Below, one piece after another: positions 40,526 through 52,574 of a stretch of DNA of 64,000 bases. Numbering within the stretch: the stretch's first letter is position 1; the number at the start of each line of letters is the position of its first letter. The notes beneath the pieces were generated by a model. It did no database searches and was not told the origin of the DNA. It saw only the letters and a list, made by a program, of their open reading frames with translations. The stretch lies in contig CM059438.1 in NCBI GenBank assembly GCA_030390025.1, positions 19,468,001 through 19,532,000 of the forward strand, written 5' to 3'. Source of the DNA: Squalus acanthias (lineage: Eukaryota). Made by a program: the position numbers and the translations under genes.

Positions 40526-41981
40526 GGGCAGAATTTTCATTGACCCGTGGAGGTGGGTTTGGAGGCGTGTGGGGGGTTAAAATTGCGAAAACTGGCGGGC
40601 GGGCACAAGTCCGCCTCCATCACGCCTCCACGCAATTTTCATTAAATCGTGTCTGCTGGTCCCGACTCCGTCCCGCCTCTAAGAGGCGGGATAGGCTGTT
40701 AAGGCCCTTAACAAGCACTAAATTGCCTCTATAATGCCATTTTGAAAGGCCTTTGTGATTTTAAGCCTTTTTCTACGTGAAGCACGCCTGTTCTGAACCA
40801 CGAATGTGAAACCTGGCGGGAGCACATTTCGATAGCTGACTATCAGCTGCAGGTCCACTATTACAACAGAGATGTGTTGTTGTAGGAGGAGGAGGAGGAG
40901 GAGAAGGAGATGGAGATAATGGGCTGGATTTTGAATGACCCATGGAGTCGGGTTTGGAGGCGCGTGGGGGGTTAAATTTGCGGGGTCGGGGTTTCCGACC
41001 CCATCCCGCCTCCACACAATTTTGACAAAATCAGTCGCGGGGTTCCCGACTCCGTCCCGCCTCCAAGAGGCGGGAGAGGCCATTAAAGCCCTTAACAAGC
41101 TCTAAATTGGCTCTGTAATGCCATTTTGAAACGTTTTAGCTAGTTTAACCATTTTCTGACGTGAAGTACGCCTGGTGTGAAACACTCCAGTGAAACCTGG
41201 CGGGAGCACAAGTGGACAGCTGACTATCAGCTGCAGGTCCACTATTACAACGGAGATGTGATGAAGGTAGTAGTAGTATTAGGTCTGAAAGTCGCCGCTG
41301 CTGCATTGAATGTGTTCAGAGACTGCCTGGCCTTTGCTGTGAGAGGACTTGGATAAAAATTCTCTCTCCCCTCCCCCCCCCATATTTTGCATCCAGGTCC
41401 ACTCACATCAAAAGCAAGCCAGGCAGGTCCTCTCTCACCAACAGTCTCTGAGACTAGGCAGTCAGCAATGATGACATCATCAGAGGCGACTTTCAGACTG
41501 AAACCACTAATTGGTTCATGGGTTCCCATATGCTGGAACTCAATTGCCCAATTAAGTGAAAATTGCATCATTCATCCACATTAATCTGGAGTCGGGGGGG
41601 GGAAACACAAAATGCGGATTACACGACCCCAACCCGACCCCAAGACAAAATCCAGCCCAATATATCTGGGAGTGGTGGTGGTGGTACAAAAATATCTGGG
41701 AGCAGACTTAGGGTTGCTGCTGCTCATTTTGCCTCCAGGTCCTTTCACAGCAAAGGCCAGGCAGTCTTTGCAGACCTTCAATACAGCAGCAATAATGACA
41801 TCATCAGAGGCGACTTTCAGACTGAAAACACTAATTGGGTCATGGGTTCCCACATGCTGCAACTCAATTGCCCAATTAGGTGAAAAATCACATCAATCTC
41901 CCACATCCAATTGCAGTCGGGTGGATAACACGAAAAGTGGATAACATGACCCCAGCCCGCCCCAGTATCAAAATCCAGCCC
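40526..41981. mobile_element. Harbinger-type MITE (outer copy of a nested pair)
   Basis: TIR GGGCAGAATTTT/AAAATCCAGCCC; TSD ATA at 40523-40525 and 41982-41984. Confidence 0.8.
40921..41658. mobile_element. Harbinger-type MITE (inner copy, same family)
   Basis: Perfect TIR GGGCTGGATTTTG/CAAAATCCAGCCC; TSD AAT at 40918-40920 and 41659-41661. Confidence 0.85.
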
Positions 41982-43403
41982 ATAGAGTGACAAATATCTA
42001 CTGTGTCTGTCAGCGTCCTGGGTGCTGCCTAGAAATACAAGCTCAGGAATACAGTTTGCTCAATCTATCAATGTTCAAATGTTAGCCCTAGTGAGATCAA
42101 TAGTGCTACTCTCCTTTAGCAGAGCAGTGTATACAGGTTGTGCATAGTGCAGTGAAGTTAGTGTCCTAATCCTTGATACTACAGAGCGGAAGACCCAGGT
42201 TTAATTACCCACTCTGCTCAGTGCTGAATCAAGGATTCACTGGGCATTGAAAAATTGGATACAAATCTCCTTTCTGAACAGTACTTAGTAGCTCAAATAT
42301 TCTGATTTTGCTGAATTCTGGAACACCTTCATTGGGGCATGGCTTCCGCCTGATACAGGAGATGCACCCCTGACCCCCTTCCAAATGTCCAGGCTCAGCT
42401 GTGAGGGACAGAGGTTAATGCTGCAGGCCTTTGAAGCCTGCTGTAATGTACTGTTGCCAGTGAATTTTGTGCTGTTGGGAGAAAACTGTGAAAAAAAATG
42501 TTGACGCAAGAAAAAAGCGCACCAAAGCAATGGCAATTGATCACCCTGTGATTGACTGCACATTCTCTTAGTTTTAAAACTTAACTCTCACCCTTGCCAC
42601 CATAATAATGCTGGATGTCAAGAACAAACAGGTGTCTCTGACATCCAGTGTTGCTACAGCGCTAATGCCAAAAAAAAACAGGTGATGTTATTGCCATCAG
42701 CACATTGTTATAATTAGCCTGTCACGGGAAACTGGACCGTTATAAAGATGGGTGGAACAGACCGTATCTCTGATCCATTATCCTCCCACCCCAGTTCCAC
42801 TGAAAAATTGGCAGAATGAGGGTGGAAATTCCTGGCCAGTGTCTCCTGGTGCACAGGCAAAAGGTCATCACTGGCAGAGATCTGGAAACAGACTGTTCAG
42901 CTACCTTACTACAACAGACAAATACTTGGGGATAAATATAAATAAAAATAAATAGGTTGCACTGAATATAACTCTTTTCCAATATTTTAAAGAGCAAGTG
43001 TATATAAAAAAAATTACACAAGACCTGGTATGTCACAGGCTTATCTGACATGATGGTTGGGGAGGAAGAAAAGGTGAGCTATACACTGGTGTGAGTGACG
43101 AGTTGGCACCTGCCATAACAGCCTACATGCCAATATAGATTGCAAATCATTTATTTTTATTTTTTTCCTGGTAAATCACTCAATATTTGGTTAATAACTG
43201 TCACTCTGGATTAACTCGATGTTGTGAAAATTGCCTTTCAGAAATTACCACCTTCGATATTTACATGTATTTTCACTCAATTTCCTTCTACGCATGTACT
43301 ATTCATTAAACCTAACACAGGATCAAGCAGTTCGATTCCAATCTAATCCAGACAGATGAGTTTTAAAGCGTTCTATCTTTACTTATTATTTGGCTGTTTT
43401 AAA

Positions 43404-43520
43404 CATACATAGAAACATAGAATCTAGGAGCAGGAGTAGGCCATTCGGCCCATCGAGCCTGCTCCACCATTCAATACGATCATGGCTGATCATCCAAATC
43501 CAGTACCCTGTCCCTGCTTT
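43404..43520 (-). mobile_element. CR1 LINE 3' tail
   Basis: catagaaacatagaa...aggagcaggagtaggccattcggccc. Confidence 0.75.
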
Positions 43521-43785
43521 AATCCCCACAGTACACATATCCCACCCTACCCCCGTAACCCCACGTATTTAATTCCCCCTAACATATCCCATCCTATCCC
43601 CATAACCCCACATATTTAATCCCCCCCTAACACTAAGGGTCAATTTATCATAGCCAAATCAACCTAACCCGCACATTTTTGGACTGTGGGAGGAAACCGG
43701 AGCACCCGGAGGAAACCCACGCAGACACGGGGAGAATGTGCAAACTCCACACAGACAGTCACCCGAGGCCAGATTCGAACCCGGG
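43521..43785 (-). mobile_element. HE1-like V-SINE, 5'-truncated, with internal tandem duplication
   Basis: Reverse complement of 47345-47605; duplicated unit of about 50 bp at 43534-43632. Confidence 0.8.
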
Positions 43786-43912
43786 TTTTAAGTAAAGTTA
43801 GTTTGAATAATCAGTGCAGTTCCCAGTGGGCAGGAGTTCACAGCAAAAAGAAGAGAGATTCTCATTCTGTGCCAATTAGGCAATCTCCCTCAGAAAGGCC
43901 GTAAGACACATT

Positions 43913-44642
43913 GGCCCGTAATTTCCAATTGGAGGCTTCCTGCATGCGGATGCCTCCTATCGGAAAAAAATCTACGAACTTACCTGAGGACTCCCGAGGT
44001 CCGGACACTTCCGCTCCTGGGCCTCTCCAAAGTCGAAATGCGCAGGGCCTACGTATCCCAGGGACGCATGCAGTTCGCAAGCATCCCTGGGATCACGTGG
44101 GCTAGGCCAGCCAATAGGAGAAGGGAACCCCCCTTCATACTTTTGACAGATAGACCTGTCAAATATATGAATGGAGATCACCCCAAAAAAACACTAAAAC
44201 ATTAAATAAATTTAAAAAAACCCATCATGTTTATAAAATGAGTTAAAATTACATTAAATTAAATATTTTAAGCAAAAATTAAATTTTTTGGAAAAAAATT
44301 AATGTTTTTTAACGGGGCTAAAAATAAACTTACCTTTTTTAAAAGTATTTTTAAATTATAAATGAGTGAAATTTTTTTTTTTTTTTACTAACTCTTATGC
44401 TGGTAAAAGCGTAAGATTGTAAGGGTTTTCAGCGGGCGGAGGTTCTGCAAAAAGCAGAACTCTCCCCGCGCAGAGGCCCTTCTCTAGGGCAGGCGTCCGA
44501 TCTGTCAAGAGCATTCTTAACAGATCGGAAATGCCGGTTTTCAGCGCATGCGCTTCTCGCATGCCCGAAACCTGTATTTCCGATGTCCCTACGGGTGTGT
44601 ACACAGCTCGTACACACCCGTAGGGATCGGAAAATGCGGGCC
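43913..44642. mobile_element. Harbinger-type MITE, family C
   Basis: TIR GGCCCGTAATTTCC/GGAAAATGCGGGCC; closely similar to 20840-21550. Confidence 0.8.
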
Positions 44643-44899
44643 AATGGTATGAGAAACTAAATGTCAAATTGGCACATTGGTGGCTGGAGGCTCTTCTGAG
44701 GCTGGCCCTCAAGCACACACACACACTTTATTGATACAACATGGGAGGAGCTGTACCTAATTGCTGTTATATCTGGTATATGAGCAATCGGACTGGTTTC
44801 TGAGTGCAAAAAGAAACAGATTTCATTTTTCTGCAATCTACCCTCACCGTGATGAGCATAACAATGGAAATATTTAGAAGAATTAAAATAGATACTTGT

Positions 44900-45305
44900 A
44901 ATTTGAGTCAGAGGGTTCAAGCCCCACTCCAGGATTTGAATATATAACCTAGGCTGACTCTTTAATGACGTACCGTGGGAGTGCTGCACTGTCGGATATG
45001 CTATTTTTTGCATGAGATGTTAAACTGAGACCGGACTACCCTCTCAGGTGGATATAGAAGATCCTATGGAACTAGTCAAAGAGCAGCAGGGGAATTTCCT
45101 GGTGTTGTGACCAATATTTATCTCTCACCAAACATCACCCAATACGATCACTTATCTCATTGCGGTTTGTGGGTCCTTGCTATGCACAAATCGGCTGCCA
45201 TGTTTGTCAACCTAACAGTGACTATACTTCAAATGTAATTCATTCGCTGTGAAAAGCTTTGGGACAACCTGAGGACATGAAAAGCGCTACAGAAATGCAA
45301 GTTCT
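44900..45305 (+). mobile_element. DeuSINE
   Basis: gggttcaagccccactcca...ctctcaggtggatatagaagatcctatgg...gaaaagcgctacagaaatgcaag. Confidence 0.7.
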
Positions 45306-45530
45306 TTCTTGATAGATAAAAGGGATGTGAAGAGGGTATTAAGACCTGGGCCATCCTTAGCAAGCTCCCAATGTTATTAGCTGTCTTCTTGATATAAATT
45401 TTCACTTAAGCATACAGTGACTGAATAAAATGAACTGAATCTCAAACAATCTGGGACTTTTAAGTTTAAACTTCTGATGAATTTGATAGCATGGGGAAAC
45501 AATTAGGAAAAATGTCACAGTGGGTACTTA

Positions 45531-45719
<189 letters not shown>

Positions 45720-45809
45720 CTACAATGTCGTGATGCAGCGCAATTAACTACATTTGTATACTAGGCTATCTGCATAAAGTGTCTGTATTTATTACATGAA
45801 TACACTTAC

Positions 45810-46486
45810 GGGCGAATTTTACCCACCACTGTCCGGTGGAAAATGGGCTTGGGGGTAGGGGCAGTTAAAATGGAGCAGGCGACATACCCACTTGCATTCC
45901 GCCCGATTTTGTCGACTGCAATTTAAAATGTCAGGCACTGAAGCCGGTGGGGTCCTTTTTTACATAAGCATATAGGGCCTCGATGACGCCATCGGGACTC
46001 GACTGCAATATTAACCCCAGGCTTTCACAGAGAAGCCTTCATGGCATCCCTGCAAGGCCAAACCCTCTGGGAACGGGAGCCGGGGCCAGAAGAGCCCTAA
46101 CAAGGTAGGCTTTTAAAATATTTTTTTTAGATTCTTTGTGGGCCAGGAGGAGCAGGAGTGGTCCTCTTGGCCCCACAAGGAAACTTGGGCCTCCTCTGCC
46201 CCTGGCTTCCCTCCCCTGACCGCAATCGCCTCTGGATCCCGCTACTTACCACCTACCTTAGTGCCGGGGACCGATCCTTGTGGTCCCTGGCGGCGGCCTC
46301 CTGCCGCAAGGTTTTACCGGCCAGGCAGCCGCTTACCGCCGACTGTCCTGCCGTTTTGGTCGGAACGTGGCCAGCGGCATGTTAACGAGGCCCGGCCGTT
46401 AAAATCGGCTGGACCTCTCCGCTGCTGCTCCTGGACGAGCCGACCTCGTTAGGCCGCGTTCCCGCCCGGGAGTTAAAATAGACCCC
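45810..46486. mobile_element. Harbinger-type MITE, family B
   Basis: Ends GGGCGAATTTTA/TAAAATAGACCCC; interior related to 14247-14904 and 50031-50644. Confidence 0.65.
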
Positions 46487-47293
46487 TTGAAGTATAAAAT
46501 CAGCCAGTTAACAATTAAATAGGATTACTGTACATCTTGTTTGTTGAGTAAAGAAAAATACATTTTGAATTTCAGGTTTTTGAAGAATTTGGGGAAGTAT
46601 AGAAACCTGCAGCCTTGTATTTAGGAGTTTACAGATGCAACTAACAATTCGGCTGAGGGTACATTTAAACTGTTACTAAGTTTACTACCAGAAAATACTT
46701 CATTATTAAGTAAACCACTATGGGGAAATTCTACTGTTTTACCAGTTAAATGCTTGCCCCTAACAAAAAGAATGTGAATTTGAATCCTAGCCTCGGGTAA
46801 CACTCAAATCTACTTGCTTTATCTGGGTGTGTTTTGCCAGCTCTCGGCTTGGCTGCTAAATGAAATACTGGGTGAATGTGAAGCATTTATATCTCCGGAG
46901 GAGTAAAGTCTGTCCGGAATAGTCCTGCCAGCAGAAGAGCTCATCCTGCCAGGCCATCGCACAGCTGCACTGGCGTAGTCAGCACACTTACAAAAAATGC
47001 ATCCATTAAACCAGGCGAGATCCCAAAAGAAACACCAAATTTTCTACAGTGATTACTGCATGCCTGAAACTATCATGCCTGAAGAGCTTTAGTTTCAAAC
47101 TTTTAGTTGGACGAATTTATCTCATAAATTTAGGATTAGTACTTAAAGTAGAAAGGAATATTTTAAGCTAATGCGTTATTAGGATTTTGAAAACTTTACC
47201 ACAAGTAGCTATTGAAGTCAAGTCAATCACGCCATTTAAGAGGGAACTATACAGCCACTTGATGAAATTAACTAGTTTATAGATATTAAACGG

Positions 47294-47605
47294 TGGCAGC
47301 ACAGTGGCATAGTGGTTAGCACTGTTGCCTCACAGCGCCAGGGACCTGGGTTCGAATCCGGCCTCGGGTGACTGTCTGTGTGGAGTTTGCACATTCTCCC
47401 CGTGTCTGCGTGGGTTTCCTCCGGGTGCTTCGGTTTCCTCCCACAGTCCAAAGATGTGCGGGTTAGGTTGATTTGGCTATGATAAATTGACCCTTAGTGT
47501 TAGGGGGATTAAATACGTGGGGTTACGGGGATAGGGTGGGATATGTGTCGGTGCAGGCTCGATGGGCCGAAATGGCCTCTATCTGCACTGTGGGGATTCT
47601 GTGAT
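47294..47605 (+). mobile_element. Full-length HE1-like V-SINE
   Basis: A box tggcatagtgg, B box ggttcgaatcc, V-domain gtgtggagtttgcacattctccccgtg, CR1-derived tail gatgggccgaaatggcct. Confidence 0.88.
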
Positions 47606-50030
47606 TAAAGGTCAGAGGAGTAGGGAACTGGCATTATAGTAGTCAGCCCCAACAGATACATGGGGGAAGCGATATCAGCACTGGCACACTGGGACGAGCA
47701 GCCTCCATCTGTACTGAAATTTGTATGAAACCAAACTGTTTGATGATGTTATATGTCTGCTAGTGGCATTGAGATATATCCTTTTAGCAATCAAGCTTCA
47801 TTTTAAAATTTATTCCTGACATACTAAATACAGTATTAGAAATGGCAAATAACTTTTGTTGGGAGAGAAGGATAGTCTGAATTCCACATTTATGTCATTT
47901 TTGGTTATTTTTCTTTTTACAGTCTATTACACCAGTCTGTTGGCAGTGCTACAACCAGCTATGGCACATTTGGTTGTAATTTCTATTACGTGTTTTAACC
48001 CAAACCATCGACTGCAGCTCTTGGAGCACACATGCTGTGAATGTTTGTAATAGGGTACTTGAAACTCCTGGAGGTCGTCCAGGCACAGATTTTTCCACAA
48101 CTTCACCTCCCATGATGGCTTTTTTTCTCTCTGAGTGTGCAGTGTGAATTCACATTCATATATACGGTTACTAAGTCATCATCAAGCATTATGTGGAGGG
48201 TCCCCAATTTTAACCAATAAATGCAAAGTATTTAAGTTAGTGATTATTTTCAGGGCACCAACAAAACATGAAAAATTACAAAGATAAATGCTAACAAAAT
48301 ATTTTCACCAGCAGCTCTCTACAAGTCCATCAGTCTGATTTAAAAAAAATTGAAAATGAACTCTCAGCTACACAATTACGTCAAATAACTCATGTCCAAG
48401 AGGTTCATGCCTGCACTGAATCACAGTTCGTTTTCTGGATTAATTGTGTATTGCCTGCTTCTATGATTGAAACCTTTTTGCCTCAATTTTCACTTTTTTT
48501 TTAAAAAACGAAAAGCATCAGGAAAACACCAGATTTGGTGAAACCACAAGACTGCTAAAAAAAAATAAGCACCAATATCTAGAGAGCCTAGTTAAATGCC
48601 TACACATTTCTGGCAGTACAATATTTCCCTTTCATGTGCTATAGCTAATCAAATATTACATTTTTTTTTAAAAAGACAATGCAAATGTCTCCAAAACTGT
48701 ACATCACTGGAACGTCTTGAAGACTCATACTGATGAATGGAACAGTTGACAAATCAATTTTCAAGCAAATTGCTCCAAAGCAAATGCATTGACTAATCTG
48801 ACAAGAGCATTGTTTGATTGGAGTAATTCTTGCATATAAAGCCAGTAAACAACGCCAGCACATTCCTTGCCTGATACAGATTGCAATGAAAAACGGTCAA
48901 GGAAAAGTAGCAAATGTTACTCTCGAGTGTAAATTGCTTCCACTAATCAATGGTGCTGCTGACAACAGACATTCTCCCTCAAATACCACTGAAAAGGCTG
49001 AAGCGGTTTCTTATGCAAACTTAATAAAATAGCATCACTTTTCACAAAAACTTATTCTGATATGCACCTTTAATGATGCCTACATTAAAAAGAGCAATTA
49101 ATTTACACTGTTAAGATTGGATGAAAGGCTAAAGATATGTAATTTGGGGTGACATCTGGCAGTTGGAGGTGACAGAATGGGGTCATGCGTGCATACATAG
49201 AATTCCTTTGGTATTATCACATCCTGTCACTAGGGTTGCACCATGTAGGGTTTAAGTCTTTAACTATTTATGGACTATAGAACCATATCAGTATCAAAAG
49301 TGAAATATATATTCTCAGAGCAAATTTTCAATAATTACATTTTCCAATGATTAATTTTAATGTTTAACAGGAAGCTAAGAAAACTGAGAGATTTTATAGT
49401 ATGTATTATGAAAAATACTAAAGACATTCAGTACTCACAGGTTAATGAGTATGGCACTTATTTAAACCTTTATTTATAAAATACCATCTTAAAGACAGCC
49501 CCACGAGATCATTACAGTTTTATTATTCGTGAAAGAGACAGACTGAGGACAGCCCACAGGCAAAATTGTTAGTTTTGGTGCAAAATGACAGAGCTGGGTT
49601 TGAATTCTAGTCTTAACTAATCTTTACAATTACGCTCCTAAATACCTCCCTTCTCTCTCCTCCTCGGAGTTGCTGCTTTTGGCCGTGCTGTCAGGCAAAG
49701 CACCAGTTTGGAAGAGAGGTGCCCAGCCGACAGGATCAGACGGAAAACTGACATATCACATTTCAGCTTTCCAAAGAGCAGCATTGGTGAAGGCCATGGA
49801 GATGTCCAGAATAACTGTATTCCATATTAATTATATGATGTGGAAGCTAACAAGACTTGAAAAGGCAGAAAACAAGGTTTTACATTAAGGACTATCTTCT
49901 TCTGCAAATCCACTTCTATTTACCTGATAATTAGTCCTTCTTTTGAACAGGGTGCTGGCATCTTACAGACTGCACCCAATTGGTTTGCATGAAAACACTG
50001 ATCACTTTCGTTTCAACCTTCTGGAGAAAT

Positions 50031-50644
50031 GGCCCCAATTTTAACTCCAGGCGGGTTTGGGCAGGTGGGTAGCGGAGAGAGTGAGAAACCCATCAACGGC
50101 TGTAGAAATTAAGGCTACTTTAGCTCCCGGCCCAAATTTAAATCCCGCTGGTGGAAAACCACGTGACCTGGAGCCTGCTCACCGCGAGGTGACGGGATCC
50201 GGTTCCATGGATGTCTCACATTCGGGAAAGGGGGGGGGGCGCGGTGTTTGAGTCGGGGGGGGGGGGGGGGGAGGGGGAGGAGGAGAGTCTGGGGCAGAGG
50301 AGGCCTAAGCTTTCCTTGCAAGGCCTGGAGCAGCACTCCTGCTCCTTCTGGCCCCACAAAGGAAAGAAAAAAACTATCTTCTTCGGCCTCCTCCTCTTCC
50401 CGGTAGGTCCTATCTGGCCTTCGCCTGGTGGGAAAGCTGTAGGGGCTTCCCCACTCAGGCCTCGATTAAAATAGAAGTTGGGTCTCGATGACATCATCGG
50501 GACCCGACATGCATATGTAAAGAAGAGCAAGTTAAAATCCTGGATGGCAGGGTCCTTGTGGCATTCGGGAAGGTAAGTAACGTGGGTGATTTTAACGGCC
50601 CACCCTCTTAGTTTCCACCAGGTGGGTAGGGTTAAAACTGCCCC
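50031..50644. mobile_element. Harbinger-type MITE, family B
   Basis: Ends GGCCCCAATTTTAAC/GTTAAAACTGCCCC; gatgacatcatcgggacccg motif. Confidence 0.65.
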
Positions 50645-50714
50645 TGTGTTTTTTTTTTAAATACAAAAGTTAACCTTCACATACAATAAATGATTCTGAA
50701 GCTCAATGATTGCT

Positions 50715-51058
50715 GTTATGAAATCAAATGTAGCAGCCAATTTGCACACAGCAAGATCCCACAAACAGGAACGAGATGAATAACTAGCAAATCTGTTTTT
50801 GATGTTGGTTGAAGGAGAAATCTTGGCCAGAACTCCACGGTCTTTGAATAGTATCATGGGATGTTTAAGAGCCATCTGAGCCATGAGAACAGCCAGATGT
50901 AATCTCGGGTTTAACATCTCATTCAAGAATGGCACCTCCAACAATTACTCTCTCAGTATTGCGCTGGAGTGCTGGTCTACATTATATGATTAAATCCAGG
51001 AGTGGGGATTCAACCCAATCCCTGACTCAGAGCTGAGACCGTACTACCAATTGACCCA
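50715..51058 (-). mobile_element. DeuSINE
   Basis: gccaatttgcacacagcaagatcccacaaac...aatagtatcatgggat...ggagtggggattcaaccc. Confidence 0.7.
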
Positions 51059-52149
51059 AGTTAACATTTTAGTTGATTTTATCCTGTGCACTGCATATCT
51101 TACCATTAGCTTATTTAAACACAAAGGCCCAAAAATTCAGGGTCTTGCCATCTGCTGCTATAAGTCTGGTGAAACAGAACTCCCACCCACGCAACTGACC
51201 CAATGCAGGGGTCTTGGGGAGGGGTCAGAGCCTTAATGTTGTACCAACATGCAGTAATTTCAAACCATGGATCGAAAGGGAAGAGGAAGAGAACCTGAAA
51301 TGTCTCGGAGAGTGACGTAAATATGATTCTGATGAAAAGTAGGCACTTGGGGGGGGGGGGGGGGGGGAAGAGGGGGTAAATATTAGGAGGCTAGAGATCT
51401 GCCAATACAGCAGTTAGGACTATGTGAAAGGAAGTGCAGTGAGTGGCAACTCCCGAAATCTCAGGATCCCTCTCTAATGCTGGATGAGGTTTAATGACCT
51501 CACAAGGGCGGAGTGGTAGTGGGACGGGACTTCCACTCATCATTCCGACAATGCCATAATCCCGACCCATTTTCCAGGGTCGAGATTCTTTTCCTATGCA
51601 GGGCAGGCACCCGAATGGAGCCCACTGCTGCAGGTCAGCACTTGGTACTAGGTGATAACATCCAAAACCTCTACCTGGGCGACAAGAAAGTGAAGATTCT
51701 TCAACTTTGAGTTTTTGATTCATAATTATCAGGAGTATAATAGATTAAAAATTAAGTTAATAATAAAAAAAAACTATCTATCAGCAGAACGAATTCCAGA
51801 ACAAAACTAAAAACATTCTTTTGTATTTTCTCACAATTACATGAAACACGGTAGTAAATTGAAACATCTATTTTTGTTGCCGAACATTATTTGCCAAGTA
51901 CTATTAAAAAACCTAATTATTTGATAAAAACCTTGAGGAGGGGGAAGCAGCTTGATGTTAGAAATGTGGGCAAAGCCAGAGGTCTGTTTAAAAAGATAGG
52001 CAGTGTTTTGGTTGGCATTAGTGAAGGAGGAAAATTTACCACATTGTACGATCATTTCTGAAATATGACTTGGAAGTCTGGTAATGCCTTATGATAACAT
52101 GTGAGAAGTCGCACAACACCAGGTTATAGTCCAACAGCTTTATTTGAAA

Positions 52150-52186
52150 TCACAAGCTTTCGGAGCGCTGCTCCTTTGTCAGGTGA
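52150..52186 (-). ncRNA. Hammerhead motif with G8A-mutated core on the FGFR2 sense strand
   Basis: Mirror arm reads TCAC-CTGACAA-A-GGAGCAGCGCTCC-GAAAGCTTGTGA; differs from the other arm only at 52177. Confidence 0.6.
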
Positions 52187-52188
52187 CT

Positions 52189-52225
52189 TCACCTGACGAA
52201 GGAGCAGCGCTCCGAAAGCTTGTGA
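52189..52225 (+). ncRNA. Minimal type I hammerhead ribozyme motif, intact core, antisense to FGFR2
   Basis: TCAC-CTGACGA-A-GGAGC AGC GCTCC-GAAA-G-CTT-GTGA: stem I TCAC/GTGA, CUGANGA, stem II, GAAA, palindromic AAGCTT helix III, CUU cleavage triplet. Confidence 0.7.
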
Positions 52226-52371
52226 TTTCAAATAAAGCTGTTGGACTATAACCTGGTGTTGTGCGACTTCTCACATTTGTCCACCCCAGTCCAACACCGG
52301 CATCTCCACATTATGATAACATGGTCACTAACTAAGTCAAGTAAAGGTTTTTGAACTCTTTATCTACTTTC

Positions 52372-52574
52372 TGTTACCTGTCTGCGCAGAGGGATGCGTT
52401 TGGTCAGCTTGTGCACCGGTGGCGGAGCATTAAAATCCGGCTTCTTTGCTGTGTTCTTCATTCGGCAAATAATAACCGTCACCACCATACAAGCGATAAC
52501 AAAAACACCAATGCAATAGATAGCTATTTCCAGATAGTCAGGAGAGGTCAACCCTTTTGGTTTGTCTTCAGGAA
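52372..52574 (-). CDS. FGFR2: FGFR2 exon 10 (transmembrane); ends at 52378 (GT donor, -VT) or 52372 (GA donor, +VT)
   Basis: atccag|TTCCTGAAG...AGACAG|GTAACA|GAAAGT; encodes [47 protein letters not shown]...KRIPLRRQ(VT). Confidence 0.95.

Larger units (their letters stand above)
52102..52310 (+). mobile_element. Palindromic Penelope-like retroelement terminus (inverted pseudo-LTR plus unpaired tail) in FGFR2 intron 10
   Basis: 88-bp inverted arms 52099-52186 and 52189-52276; tail ...agtccaacaccggcatctccaca; direct repeat ttatgataacatg at 52089-52101 and 52311-52323; hammerhead cores. Confidence 0.8.

Noticed and set aside
40526-41981. Tandem duplication or assembly error
   Set aside because: The copies are diverged and each has its own TIRs and TSD, which fits a nested insertion.
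47294-47365. tRNA gene
   Set aside because: A and B boxes run directly into the V-domain and CR1-like tail, so this is a SINE head.
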